This document shows, piece after piece, positions 9,338 to 18,553 of a stretch of DNA of 64,000 bases. Position 1 is the first letter of the stretch; each line of letters begins with the position of its first letter. Position numbers and translations under genes: made by a program. Under the pieces are notes generated by a model, which saw nothing but the letters and a program-made list of their open reading frames with translations, did no database searches and had not been told where the DNA came from. The DNA is from an uncultured Rhodospirillales bacterium (lineage in GTDB: Bacteria; Pseudomonadota; Alphaproteobacteria; CAAGCB01; CAG-977). The stretch covers positions 4,125-68,124 of the forward strand of contig CACYSU010000004.1 of NCBI GenBank assembly GCA_902777205.1. The letters run 5' to 3'.

Positions 9338-10705
9338 ATGGATCTGAAGCGAAAATTTGAAAAAATGCTGTCCGCGAACCGCTTTTTCAATTCGGAAACG
9401 ACGGACGACACGGACGGGCGCAATCCGTTTGAAAACGATTATTCCCGCGTCGTCCTGTCGTCATATGTGCGCCGGATGCAGGACAAGGCGCAGGTGTTCC
9501 CTTTGGCGCAAAACGATTTCGTGCGCACCCGCCTGACCCATTCGATGGAGGTTTCCTGCTTTGCCAAAGGATTGGGGCTGGGCGTTGAAAAATTCATGTC
9601 CGGCCGCGGATTGCTGGACGACCGGCAGCGGGGGTTCATCCCGTCGATTTTGGAAACGGCCGGATTGGTTCACGACATCGGCAACCCGCCGTTCGGCCAT
9701 TTCGGCGAAGAAAGCGTCCGCGGCTTTTTCCGCAAATTGAAAACGGACGAAACCTCGAAAACCGGACAAGCGTACCGGACTCTGCCGCCCGAACAACGGG
9801 CGGATTTTGAAAACTTCGACGGCAACGTGCAGGGGTTCCGCATTTTGAAAAGTTTGGCGCCGAACCGGCACGGCGATTCGTTCAACCTGACGTTTGCCCT
9901 GCTGGGGACGGTCGTCAAATACCCCTTTTCCTCGATTGACGGCAATAAAAAGACCGGCGATCCGTTTCAAAAGAAATTCGGATACTTTTGTTCCGAACGG
10001 GACGCGTATCAACAAATCACCGCGGAACTGGGATTGAAAGCGGGACAGCGCCACCCCCTGACCTATCTGGTCGAAGCCGCCGACGACATCGCCTATTCCG
10101 TTTGCGATATCGAGGACGGCTGTAAAATCGGCCTGATCCGGCTGGCGGATTTACAGGAAAAATTCAAAGGCACCGACGGCGAAACCGAGTTGCAAAAATT
10201 AATCGGAAAAGAGTATTCCTTTGACGACGATCGGGAATTGTTCGTCCAGCAATTCCGCATCGCCATGCAGCGCGAAATGATCCGCGACGTTGTCAAAACG
10301 TTTTGCGACAACATCGAAAGCATCGTCAACGGCGATTTCAAACGGGATTTGCTGTCGGCGTCGGATTCGGCGGCCATACGCGAAGTGTTCAAAGATTTGG
10401 GCGACATCAACTTTTCCCACAAATCCGTTTTAAAGCGCGAACTGCTGGGCGACACGGTGATCACCTATCTGCTGAACATTTTGACGGACGCCGTGTTCAG
10501 CCATTCGCTCGACGAAAAGGAAACGTCCAAAAACAACAAGATCATTTCCCTGATCTGCTCGAAAAAAAAGGACGCGGAGATGTTGAAATCAAACGGGAAC
10601 GCCTATGAAAAGTTCCAAAAAATCGTCGATTACGTCAGCGGCATGACCGATTCGTTCGCCCTGCGGATGTATCAGGAATTCACCGGCAAAGGCGGGGTTG
10701 AATAA
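9338..10705 (+). CDS. dgt: dGTP triphosphohydrolase-like HD-domain protein
   Basis: NPFENDYSRVV, RTRLTHSMEV and HDIGNPPFGHFGE motifs. The ATG at 9338 lies after the upstream terminator. Confidence 0.85.
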   Translation: MDLKRKFEKMLSANRFFNSETTDDTDGRNPFENDYSRVVLSSYVRRMQDKAQVFPLAQNDFVRTRLTHSMEVSCFAKGLGLGVEKFMSGRGLLDDRQRGFIPSILETAGLVHDIGNPPFGHFGEESVRGFFRKLKTDETSKTGQAYRTLPPEQRADFENFDGNVQGFRILKSLAPNRHGDSFNLTFALLGTVVKYPFSSIDGNKKTGDPFQKKFGYFCSERDAYQQITAELGLKAGQRHPLTYLVEAADDIAYSVCDIEDGCKIGLIRLADLQEKFKGTDGETELQKLIGKEYSFDDDRELFVQQFRIAMQREMIRDVVKTFCDNIESIVNGDFKRDLLSASDSAAIREVFKDLGDINFSHKSVLKRELLGDTVITYLLNILTDAVFSHSLDEKETSKNNKIISLICSKKKDAEMLKSNGNAYEKFQKIVDYVSGMTDSFALRMYQEFTGKGGVE

Positions 10706-10806
10706 CCGCGTCCGCCAATCGCCCTCGCGATTTTTCAGAAAATTTGACAAAAATTCCTTTTTCCGATATACTGTCCCCGCTTTCAGCGTAAAGGAAAGGG
10801 AAGAAA

Positions 10807-11892
10807 ATGTCTTTCTGGTCAATTCTGTTCGGGAAAAAGGAAAAAAGCACGCCCGTTCCCGCAAAACCGAAAACGCGCGCCGATTTTGAATCGACCTTTT
10901 CCGTCAACGACGCGGAACAAACCGGCCGTTTGAACGCGGCGTTCAACCGTCCCCCGCGCGCAGAGGAAACAAAACAGCTGAAAGACGTTCTGGACATCAT
11001 CGAATCCGTTCCCGATGGAAAAAAACTGATCGCCGATATCGCGACGGCAGGATATAAAATCAATTTCGACACGTTCCGCGGCGCCAGCGCGGGGGCGTGC
11101 AACCCCGTTGAAAAACAAATCATGCTCTGTCCGGCCAATCATTCAAGCGACGCGGCGATCGCGGCGTCCCTGTACCACGAAATGACGCACGCCATGCAAA
11201 ATGAACGATCCGGCGGAATGTTGGCCGACAGCTCGAAATACAACATCGCCGATCAGGTCAAATTCCTGCGCGCCGCCGAAGCGTCCGCGTGGATGGAAGA
11301 GGCTAAATTCGCCTACCAAATCAAGAATAAACACCCCGAAGTTTTGAAATTCGTCGGAGAAGTGCCGATGTACAAAGCGTTTGCCGCCGAAATGGAAAAA
11401 TCCGGCGACACGGCGAAGGCCTGCGAATCAGCTTTCAAAGATTGGTACGGATTCAAGATTTATCAGGCGGGCTATGAAAACCAGCACATCGCCATTGTTA
11501 AAAACAAAACGCTGAACCGCCTGAAAAAACAGGACGCGAAGGCGTTCCGTCAATCCCTTTCGTCCGAAGACGCGCTGAAATTCACCATTGTTTCCGACAG
11601 TGTCAAAATCGCGCCGGAATTTCTGACCTCGCCCGCGGCGTTTTCCGTTTCCGACGACGGCGCCAAAGCGTTCGCCGCGATTTCAAAGGGATACTCCGCC
11701 AAATTTTTAAGCGCGGTCAAGGACAATTCCGTTCAATCCATGTATTCCTATGACACGGGAAAACGGCTGGCCGACCGCGGCGCTGAAAAGACGGAGGGCG
11801 CGTCGCTGATGTCGTCGCTGTCAACGATTTCCAAACAGCAGACGGCGAAAAAACAGGCGATCGCCTCCGCCGTTCAAAATAAAACGCGTTAA
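10807..11892 (+). CDS. Hypothetical protein with an HExxH zinc-metallopeptidase motif
   Basis: 361-aa ORF with LYHEMTHAMQNE (HExxH). No signal peptide and no other recognised domain. Confidence 0.6.
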   Translation: MSFWSILFGKKEKSTPVPAKPKTRADFESTFSVNDAEQTGRLNAAFNRPPRAEETKQLKDVLDIIESVPDGKKLIADIATAGYKINFDTFRGASAGACNPVEKQIMLCPANHSSDAAIAASLYHEMTHAMQNERSGGMLADSSKYNIADQVKFLRAAEASAWMEEAKFAYQIKNKHPEVLKFVGEVPMYKAFAAEMEKSGDTAKACESAFKDWYGFKIYQAGYENQHIAIVKNKTLNRLKKQDAKAFRQSLSSEDALKFTIVSDSVKIAPEFLTSPAAFSVSDDGAKAFAAISKGYSAKFLSAVKDNSVQSMYSYDTGKRLADRGAEKTEGASLMSSLSTISKQQTAKKQAIASAVQNKTR

Positions 11893-11914
11893 AACGAAAA
11901 ACCGCCCGCTTCCT

Positions 11915-12580
11915 TTACGCCGTAAGGATTTGCGTTTCAACTTCGCGCGCCGCGGCGTATTCGCGCAGCAACACCGCCGTCTTGTCCAGCCAGACGGGCA
12001 GTTCGTCCGCCCCGTCGAACGCGTAAATCACATACATCAACCGTTTGTCCGCGCCGCTGTTGATCATCGTGCGGCGGCTGTCGCCGGTCGGGTTGCCGAA
12101 AACGCCGTCGTCGTCGTAAAGGGCGGGCAGATGTTCGATGTTCAAAACATCCTTGCCGATTCCCTTGTATTTTTCCCCGTCGGGCGTCCGTTTCCAAACG
12201 ATTTGCCCCCGAACCGCCGCTAAATCGTACGATCCCAGCGAATACCCCGATTCAACGGAAATCATATTGTTGACATCCACGGCGTTGTTGATCCGGTACA
12301 ATCCGTTTCCCTTGGCAATGCGGCGCAGCATCGCTTCGGCGGAATTGCGGTATTTCGACGGGTCTTTTCCCAGCGTTTTATAGGCTTCGCGCGTCGCAAT
12401 GATATGCGGATTTTTCGCGACGGAAGGCAGATCGGAATATTTTTCCGTCATCCGCGCGATCAAATCGTCGAAAGCGGCCAGCTGTTTGTCGCAGCTTTCC
12501 GTCACGTCCGCAACGCACGTCAACACGCCCAGCGCCGCGCGGGGCAGCGCGTTTTTCAATGAACCGTCGATTTCGATCAT
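11915..12580 (-). CDS. B3/B4 tRNA-binding domain protein (PheT B3/4-like)
   Basis: MIEIDGSL..., NPHIIATREAYKTLGKDPSKYRNSAEAMLRR and NNAVDVNNMISVESGYSLGSYD are typical of stand-alone B3/4 proteins. The Lys-rich 26-aa extension from the ORF-track start is rejected. Confidence 0.75.
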   Translation of the reverse strand: MIEIDGSLKNALPRAALGVLTCVADVTESCDKQLAAFDDLIARMTEKYSDLPSVAKNPHIIATREAYKTLGKDPSKYRNSAEAMLRRIAKGNGLYRINNAVDVNNMISVESGYSLGSYDLAAVRGQIVWKRTPDGEKYKGIGKDVLNIEHLPALYDDDGVFGNPTGDSRRTMINSGADKRLMYVIYAFDGADELPVWLDKTAVLLREYAAAREVETQILTA

Positions 12581-12721
12581 CGTCTTTCCCTTTCGTTTTT
12601 TTTGCAGTTTCCGCCTTTTTCCGGTTTTTGCAAAGCCTTTTTTCGCTTTCTTTTTCACATTGCGGTTGACATCCGCTTAAACGCTTCTAGACTGGCACGC
12701 GCAATTTGAAAGGACGTTTTT

Positions 12722-13942
12722 ATGGACACCCGCATCATCCAAGCCGCCGAAAGCCGCCGCGACGACATGATCCGTTTTTTACGCGACCTGATCGCCCTGC
12801 CCTCCGCATCCGGAAAGGAAAAAGAGGCCGCCGCGCGCGTCAAACAGGAAATGGAAAAGGTCGGATTCGACGAAATCCGCATCGACCGGACGGGAAACGT
12901 TTTGGGACGCGTCGGAAACGGCGCGCACGTCATCGCCATGGACGCCGCGCTGGACACGGCGGGGATCGGCGATCCCGATCTGTGGCCGTTCAACCCGTTC
13001 AGGGGCAAATTGGAAAACGGCGTCGTTTACGGCCGCGGCGCCGCCGGAGGAAAAAGCGCGATGGCCGCCATGGTTTACGGCGCGCAAATCATCAAGGATT
13101 CGGGATCGGACGGCGATTTCACCCTGTGGATCACGGGAACGGTGCAATCCGGAAACTGCGACGGATTGTGCTGGGATTCCATTTTAAAGGAAAACGTTCT
13201 GGACACGGTACCCGAAGCCGTCGTCGTCACCGCCCCGACGAATTTGAAAATCTGCCGCGGACATCGCGGACGGGCGCGCTTCGTCGTTACCGCTCACGGC
13301 GCGTCCTGTTGCGCCGCCATGCCCGAACGGGGCGTGAACGCCGTCAATACGGCGGCAAAAATCGCCATGGAAATTGAAAAACTGAACGCCGGCCTGCCCG
13401 TTGATCCCGTTTCAGGCAAAGCGACCGTCGCCGTAACGCGCATCGACTGTGAAACGCCGTCAACGTCCGCCGTCCCCGACATGACGCGCCTGTTCATCGA
13501 CCGCCGGCTGACCGCGGCGGAAACGGCGGAAAAAGCTCTTGACGAAATCAAGGCCGCGATCGAACGCGCCGGTTTTGAAACCGGCAAGGACGCCGACGCC
13601 GCGTTGGACGTTGCGCGCGTCCAATTTTACACGGGATGCGAAACGCAATGCGAATGTCGTTTCGCCGGCTGGACGCTGGGCGAAGATGCGCCGCTGTTCG
13701 CCGCCGCCGTCGAATCGTGCAAAGCCGCCGTCGAAAACAATCCGCAGACCGGCGTTCTGTCGATTTCGACCAACGGCGCGGCCACAATGGGCATCCACAA
13801 AATACCGACCGTCTGCTTCGGCCCCGCGGACGAAACGTTCGCCGACACGGTCAACGACCAATGCCCCGTCGATCATTTGATCAAAGCGGCCGCTTTTTAC
13901 GCCGCCTTTCCCGCGAAATACCTGAACGCCGTCCGGAAATAA
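12722..13942 (+). CDS. YgeY-like M20 peptidase-family protein, apparently lacking the metal-binding residues
   Basis: Collinear with the M20/YgeY layout (FLRDLIALPS, GRGA, TGTVQ..CDGLCW, PERG.NA), but the canonical H, D, EE and H positions are substituted (see finding). Confidence 0.8.
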   Translation: MDTRIIQAAESRRDDMIRFLRDLIALPSASGKEKEAAARVKQEMEKVGFDEIRIDRTGNVLGRVGNGAHVIAMDAALDTAGIGDPDLWPFNPFRGKLENGVVYGRGAAGGKSAMAAMVYGAQIIKDSGSDGDFTLWITGTVQSGNCDGLCWDSILKENVLDTVPEAVVVTAPTNLKICRGHRGRARFVVTAHGASCCAAMPERGVNAVNTAAKIAMEIEKLNAGLPVDPVSGKATVAVTRIDCETPSTSAVPDMTRLFIDRRLTAAETAEKALDEIKAAIERAGFETGKDADAALDVARVQFYTGCETQCECRFAGWTLGEDAPLFAAAVESCKAAVENNPQTGVLSISTNGAATMGIHKIPTVCFGPADETFADTVNDQCPVDHLIKAAAFYAAFPAKYLNAVRK

Positions 13943-14014
13943 GTCCGATTTTTGTTTTCACGTTCCGGCGATCGGGTTATTCTTTATCATCTTCAATTAA
14001 AAAGGACACGCGCC

Positions 14015-14554
14015 ATGCCCGCCGTTTTCATCATCGCCGCGATCGCCGTTTTCGCCGTATTTCTTTACAACCGCCTTGTCCGCCTGAAAAACCGCTGCGA
14101 CGAGGGGTGGAGCGGCGTCACCGTCCAGCTGAAACGCCGCCGCGACCTGATCCCCAATCTGGTCGAATGTGTCAAAGGATACGCCAAACACGAACAATCG
14201 ACGCTGGAAAACGTCATTGAATTGCGCAACGCCACGATGAACGCGTCCGCTCCCGCCGATGTCGCCAAAGCCGAAAACGATCTGTCGCAAGGGTTGAAAT
14301 CGCTGTTCGCTCTGGGGGAAAGCTACCCCGAATTGAAAGCGGGCGCGAATTTCGCCAAGTTGCAGGATTCGTTGGAAAAAATCGAAGACGACCTGCAAAA
14401 TGCCCGCCGCTATTACAACGCGACGGCACGCGATTTGAACACGGCGATCGACACGTTTCCGTCAAACCTGATCGCCAAAAACTTCGGCTTTGCCAAACGC
14501 GAATTTTTCGATATTGACGAACGGGAAAAGGAAAATGTTGCCGTTTCTTTCTAA
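14015..14554 (+). CDS. lemA: LemA family protein
   Basis: N-terminal TM followed by YNRLVRLKNRCDEGWSGVTVQLKRRRDLIPNLVE and YYNATARDLN motifs. Confidence 0.9.
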   Translation: MPAVFIIAAIAVFAVFLYNRLVRLKNRCDEGWSGVTVQLKRRRDLIPNLVECVKGYAKHEQSTLENVIELRNATMNASAPADVAKAENDLSQGLKSLFALGESYPELKAGANFAKLQDSLEKIEDDLQNARRYYNATARDLNTAIDTFPSNLIAKNFGFAKREFFDIDEREKENVAVSF

Positions 14555-16283
14555 ACCCGCAAAACTCCTGCTGTTCGCGGCCGCCCTGTTGTTTGCGACG
14601 CCCGCCGGCGCAGGGTGCGAAATGATCAAGAATTTTGAATCGACGATCCGCGTCAATCCCGACGCGTCCGTCACCGTGTCGGAACGCATCACCGTCAATC
14701 GCGAAGGAAAACAAATCAGACGCGGCATTTACCGCGACCTGCCGTGGACGCGCGGCGTCGGCTACCGCGTCCTTTCGGTCAGGCGCGACGGAAAGCCGGA
14801 GGCTTATTTTACGGAAAACGCGAACGGACGGTTCCGCATCAACACAGGAACGGATGAACTGCTGCCGCGCAACGGATTGTACACGTTTGAAATCACCTAT
14901 CAGGCGTCGAACACGGTGCGGGCGTTCGACGGATACGACGAAATCTATTGGAACGTCACGGGCAACGATTGGGATTTTCCGATTGAAAGGGCGTCCGCGC
15001 GCGTCATCGTTCCGGACGGCGCGAAAATCCTGCAAACCGCCGGTTATACCGGAAAACGGGGCAGCAAAACGCCCGCCGGTTTCGATCCGGAAACGGGTGT
15101 TTTTTCGACAAGTTATCTGAACCCGAACGAGGGATTGACCGTCGCCGCCGGTTTTGAAAAGGGATACGTTGACGCCCTGCCCGTCCCTTTGCGCGACCGT
15201 ATTCCGGCGCGGCTGTCCGCGATCGTTTTGCTGGGCTATCTGGCCGTCACATGGGTGTTGTACGGCAAAGACCCCGAAAAACCGGCCGTTATGCCGCGTT
15301 TCGACGACATTCCGGACGTTACGCCGGCAATGGCGCACTTTATCGACAGCTACGGACGCGACGACGGTTTATGCCTGTCCGCCGCGTTGCTGCAAGGGGG
15401 CGTGTCCGGATTTTTGAAAATCCGTTGCGACGGCAAGGACGATTTCACGATCGAAAAGGCGCGCGCCCCCAAAAACGGCGAAGAGAAAATTCTGGATAAC
15501 AATCTGCTGTTCCCCGTGCGTTTGAAAGGCAAATATTCCGCCGAAATGAACAGGTGCCGCAGTGCGTTGAAAAAATTTCTGGCGGCGCGGACGGCGGATT
15601 GTTTCGCCGCGAACGGCGGACTGGTCGCCGGCGCGATTCTTTTATTGCTGGGATCGGCGGCTTTCCGGCTGTTGCGGGCGGATGCGCCGTACTTGATCGC
15701 GCTGTTGGCTTTCTACCTGATTTTTTTAATTCCGGCCGGCAAAGGTGTGTTGGCGATGATCGCGACACGAACGTTCAAATTCGCGCCCGCTTTCATTTTC
15801 GCTTTCGTCGCGTTTCACTTTTCAATGATGACGTTGACCGTCGCCGCGACGAATCCCGACATTCGGGAAACCTTTGTTTTTTACGCGGCGGGCGGATTGG
15901 CCGTTTTGATTTACGCGCATCTGATCGTCCGTCCGACACGGCGGGGACAGGACATCGCCGCCCATACAGACGGCATCAAAATGTTTTTAAAGGCGGTCGA
16001 TACGGGAATTCCCGCCCCCGTCGATTGCGCGAAAATGGAACGTCTGCTGCCCTATGCCGTATTGTTCGGATTGGAAAAGGAATGGGAGGATAAAATGCGC
16101 CGTCTGACCGATATGGCGCAATACCGCCCGTCGTGGTATTCGGGTAATTGTTTCCGCGCGGCCGATTTCAGCGGGTTCAATTCATGCGCGGCGACGGCCT
16201 GCACGCCCCCGTCGCGTTCCGGATCGGGCGGCGGCGGATGTTCCGGCGGCGGGTTCGGCGGCGGCGGAGGCGGCGGCCGATAA
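14535..16283 (+). CDS. DUF2207-like membrane protein (LemA partner)
   Basis: Signal peptide, extracellular domain, several C-terminal TM helices and a terminal Gly-rich tail (SGSGGGGCSGGGFGGGGGGGR). Overlaps the lemA stop by 20 nt, the classic LemA-DUF2207 pairing. Confidence 0.8.
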   Translation: MLPFLSKPAKLLLFAAALLFATPAGAGCEMIKNFESTIRVNPDASVTVSERITVNREGKQIRRGIYRDLPWTRGVGYRVLSVRRDGKPEAYFTENANGRFRINTGTDELLPRNGLYTFEITYQASNTVRAFDGYDEIYWNVTGNDWDFPIERASARVIVPDGAKILQTAGYTGKRGSKTPAGFDPETGVFSTSYLNPNEGLTVAAGFEKGYVDALPVPLRDRIPARLSAIVLLGYLAVTWVLYGKDPEKPAVMPRFDDIPDVTPAMAHFIDSYGRDDGLCLSAALLQGGVSGFLKIRCDGKDDFTIEKARAPKNGEEKILDNNLLFPVRLKGKYSAEMNRCRSALKKFLAARTADCFAANGGLVAGAILLLLGSAAFRLLRADAPYLIALLAFYLIFLIPAGKGVLAMIATRTFKFAPAFIFAFVAFHFSMMTLTVAATNPDIRETFVFYAAGGLAVLIYAHLIVRPTRRGQDIAAHTDGIKMFLKAVDTGIPAPVDCAKMERLLPYAVLFGLEKEWEDKMRRLTDMAQYRPSWYSGNCFRAADFSGFNSCAATACTPPSRSGSGGGGCSGGGFGGGGGGGR

Positions 16284-16350
16284 CGCTTGCCTTTCGCCGT
16301 CAAAAACCGGACAATGGTACGGCATTGCATTTTTTTACCGGAGGAACACC

Positions 16351-16749
16351 ATGAAAAAACTGTTGACCGCCCTGTCCGTCTGCCTGTTGTCCGCCTGCAC
16401 GAACCAAGCCGCGACCATGCCGCTGGATTCCGGAACGTACCTGTTGCAAAACGCGATGAACGGCGCGGAAATTTCCATCAGCTTCACCCCCGCGGAACAC
16501 ACGTTCGCCGGCAAAGCGGCCGTCAACCGCTATTTCGGTTCGTACAAGGAAAACGGAAACAAGCTGAAACTGAATCCGGCCGGATCGACCATGATGATGG
16601 GCCCCCGCCCGTTGATGCAGGCGGAACACGATTTTCTGCAAACGCTGGACAAGATCGTCCGATACGACCGCGACGGCGACACGCTGACGCTGACGACGGC
16701 GGACGGCAAAACGCTGGTGTTCAAGCGCGGCGAAGAGAAAGGCGACTAA
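16351..16749 (+). CDS. META-domain (HslJ-like) lipoprotein
   Basis: Lipobox LLSAC. AGKAAVNRYFGSYKENGNKLKL...TMMMGP...EHDFLQTL is typical of META domains. GGAGGA SD present. Confidence 0.8.
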   Translation: MKKLLTALSVCLLSACTNQAATMPLDSGTYLLQNAMNGAEISISFTPAEHTFAGKAAVNRYFGSYKENGNKLKLNPAGSTMMMGPRPLMQAEHDFLQTLDKIVRYDRDGDTLTLTTADGKTLVFKRGEEKGD

Positions 16750-16821
16750 GCTTATTTTCCTTTGAAGAACGCGCCGCGTCTGGTATAACAGCCTTAAATT
16801 CATTCAAACAAGAGGATTAAA

Positions 16822-18504
16822 ATGGCTGCGTACCAGTATATTTACGTTATGAAAAACCTGTCCAAAACCTACCCCGGCGGGAAACAGGTTCTGCACAACA
16901 TCTGGCTGTCGTTCTTTCCGGGGGCGAAAATCGGCGTTTTGGGGCCGAACGGCGCGGGAAAATCCACGCTGTTGAAAATCATGGCGGGCATCGAAACCGA
17001 ATTCAACGGCGAAGCCTGGGCGGCCGAGGGCGCCAGCGTCGGCTATCTGCCGCAGGAACCGCAGCTGGATCCGAACAAAACCGTCATGGAAAACGTCATG
17101 GACGGATGCGGGGAAACGCGCGACCTGCTGAAACGGTTTGAAGAACTGTCCATGAAATTCGGCGAAGAGATGAGCGACGACGAAATGAACGCGCTGATCG
17201 CCGAACAGGGCGAATTGCAGGAAAAAATCGACGCGTGCAACGGGTGGGATTTGGAACGCACGATCGAAATCGCGATGGACGCCCTGCGCTGTCCGCCCGC
17301 CGACGCCGACGTGACAAAGCTGTCCGGCGGTGAAAAACGCCGCGTCGCGCTGTGCCGTTTGTTGCTGTCGAAACCCGATTTGCTGTTGCTGGACGAACCG
17401 ACCAACCATTTGGACGCGGAATCCGTCGCATGGCTGCAACAGCATCTGCACGACTATCCGGGGACGGTCGTCATGGTCACGCACGATCGTTACTTCCTTG
17501 ACAACGTGACGGGGTGGATTTTGGAACTGGATCGCGGCGAAGGCATCCCGTACGAAGGCAACTACTCTTCGTGGCTGGAACAAAAGGAAAAACGTCTGGC
17601 GCAGGAAGCCAAAGAGGAATCCGCCCGCCAGCGCACAATCAAACAGGAACTGGAATGGATCCGGCAATCCCCGCGCGCCCGTCAGGCGAAAAGCAAAGCC
17701 CGTATTCAGGCCTTTGACGCTTTGGTCAGCGAAGCCGACAAACAGACGATCGAAAACGCGCAGATCGTCATTCCGCCCTGTCCGCGTCTGGGCGATCTGG
17801 TCATTGAAGCCAAGGACGTATCCAAAGGCTACGGCGACCGTCTGCTGATCGACGATTTGTCGTTCAAACTGCCCCCCGGCGGCATTGTCGGCGTGATCGG
17901 CCCGAACGGCGCGGGCAAAACGACCCTGATGCGCATGATCACGGGTCAGGAACAGCCCGACGCGGGAACGTTCCGCATCGGCGACACGGTCGTTTTGGGC
18001 TATGTCGATCAAAGCCGCGACGAACTCGACCCGAACAAAACGGTGTGGGAGGAAATCTCCGGCGGAAACGACGAAGTCACGCTGGGCAAACGCAAAATCC
18101 CGTCCCGCGCCTATGTCGGCCAATTCAATTTCAAAGGCGCGGATCAGCAAAAGAAAGTCGGCCTGCTGTCCGGCGGCGAACGCAACCGCGTCCATATGGC
18201 GAAAATGCTGAAATCCGGCGCGAACGTCATTTTGCTGGACGAACCGACGAACGATCTGGACGTGGACACCCTGCGCGCGTTGGAACAGGCGTTGCTGGCG
18301 TTCCCCGGATGCGCCGTCGTCACGTCCCACGACCGTTGGTTCCTCGACCGCATCGCGACGCACATTCTGGCGTTCGAGGGCGACAGCCACGTCGAATGGT
18401 TCGAGGGCAATTTCGAGGAATACGAAGCCGACAAAAAACGCCGGCTGGGCGCGGAAGCCGACCAGCCCCACCGCGTGAAATACAAACCGCTGGTGCGCAA
18501 ATAA
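16822..18504 (+). CDS. ettA: Energy-dependent translational throttle protein EttA (ABC-F ATPase)
   Basis: 560 aa with two ABC cassettes (GPNGAGKST and [17 protein letters not shown] and LSGGERNR) and the N-terminus [15 protein letters not shown]. Confidence 0.95.
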   Translation: MAAYQYIYVMKNLSKTYPGGKQVLHNIWLSFFPGAKIGVLGPNGAGKSTLLKIMAGIETEFNGEAWAAEGASVGYLPQEPQLDPNKTVMENVMDGCGETRDLLKRFEELSMKFGEEMSDDEMNALIAEQGELQEKIDACNGWDLERTIEIAMDALRCPPADADVTKLSGGEKRRVALCRLLLSKPDLLLLDEPTNHLDAESVAWLQQHLHDYPGTVVMVTHDRYFLDNVTGWILELDRGEGIPYEGNYSSWLEQKEKRLAQEAKEESARQRTIKQELEWIRQSPRARQAKSKARIQAFDALVSEADKQTIENAQIVIPPCPRLGDLVIEAKDVSKGYGDRLLIDDLSFKLPPGGIVGVIGPNGAGKTTLMRMITGQEQPDAGTFRIGDTVVLGYVDQSRDELDPNKTVWEEISGGNDEVTLGKRKIPSRAYVGQFNFKGADQQKKVGLLSGGERNRVHMAKMLKSGANVILLDEPTNDLDVDTLRALEQALLAFPGCAVVTSHDRWFLDRIATHILAFEGDSHVEWFEGNFEEYEADKKRRLGAEADQPHRVKYKPLVRK

Positions 18505-18517
18505 GCGTTATAAAAAA

Positions 18518-18545
18518 GCCTCCGGAAACGGAGGCTTTTTCTTTT
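18518..18545. terminator. Bidirectional intrinsic terminator between convergent ettA and the PiT gene
   Basis: GCCTCCG-GAAA-CGGAGGC stem flanked by A6 on one side and a T run on the other. Confidence 0.85.
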
Positions 18546-18553
18546 GCTTCACA

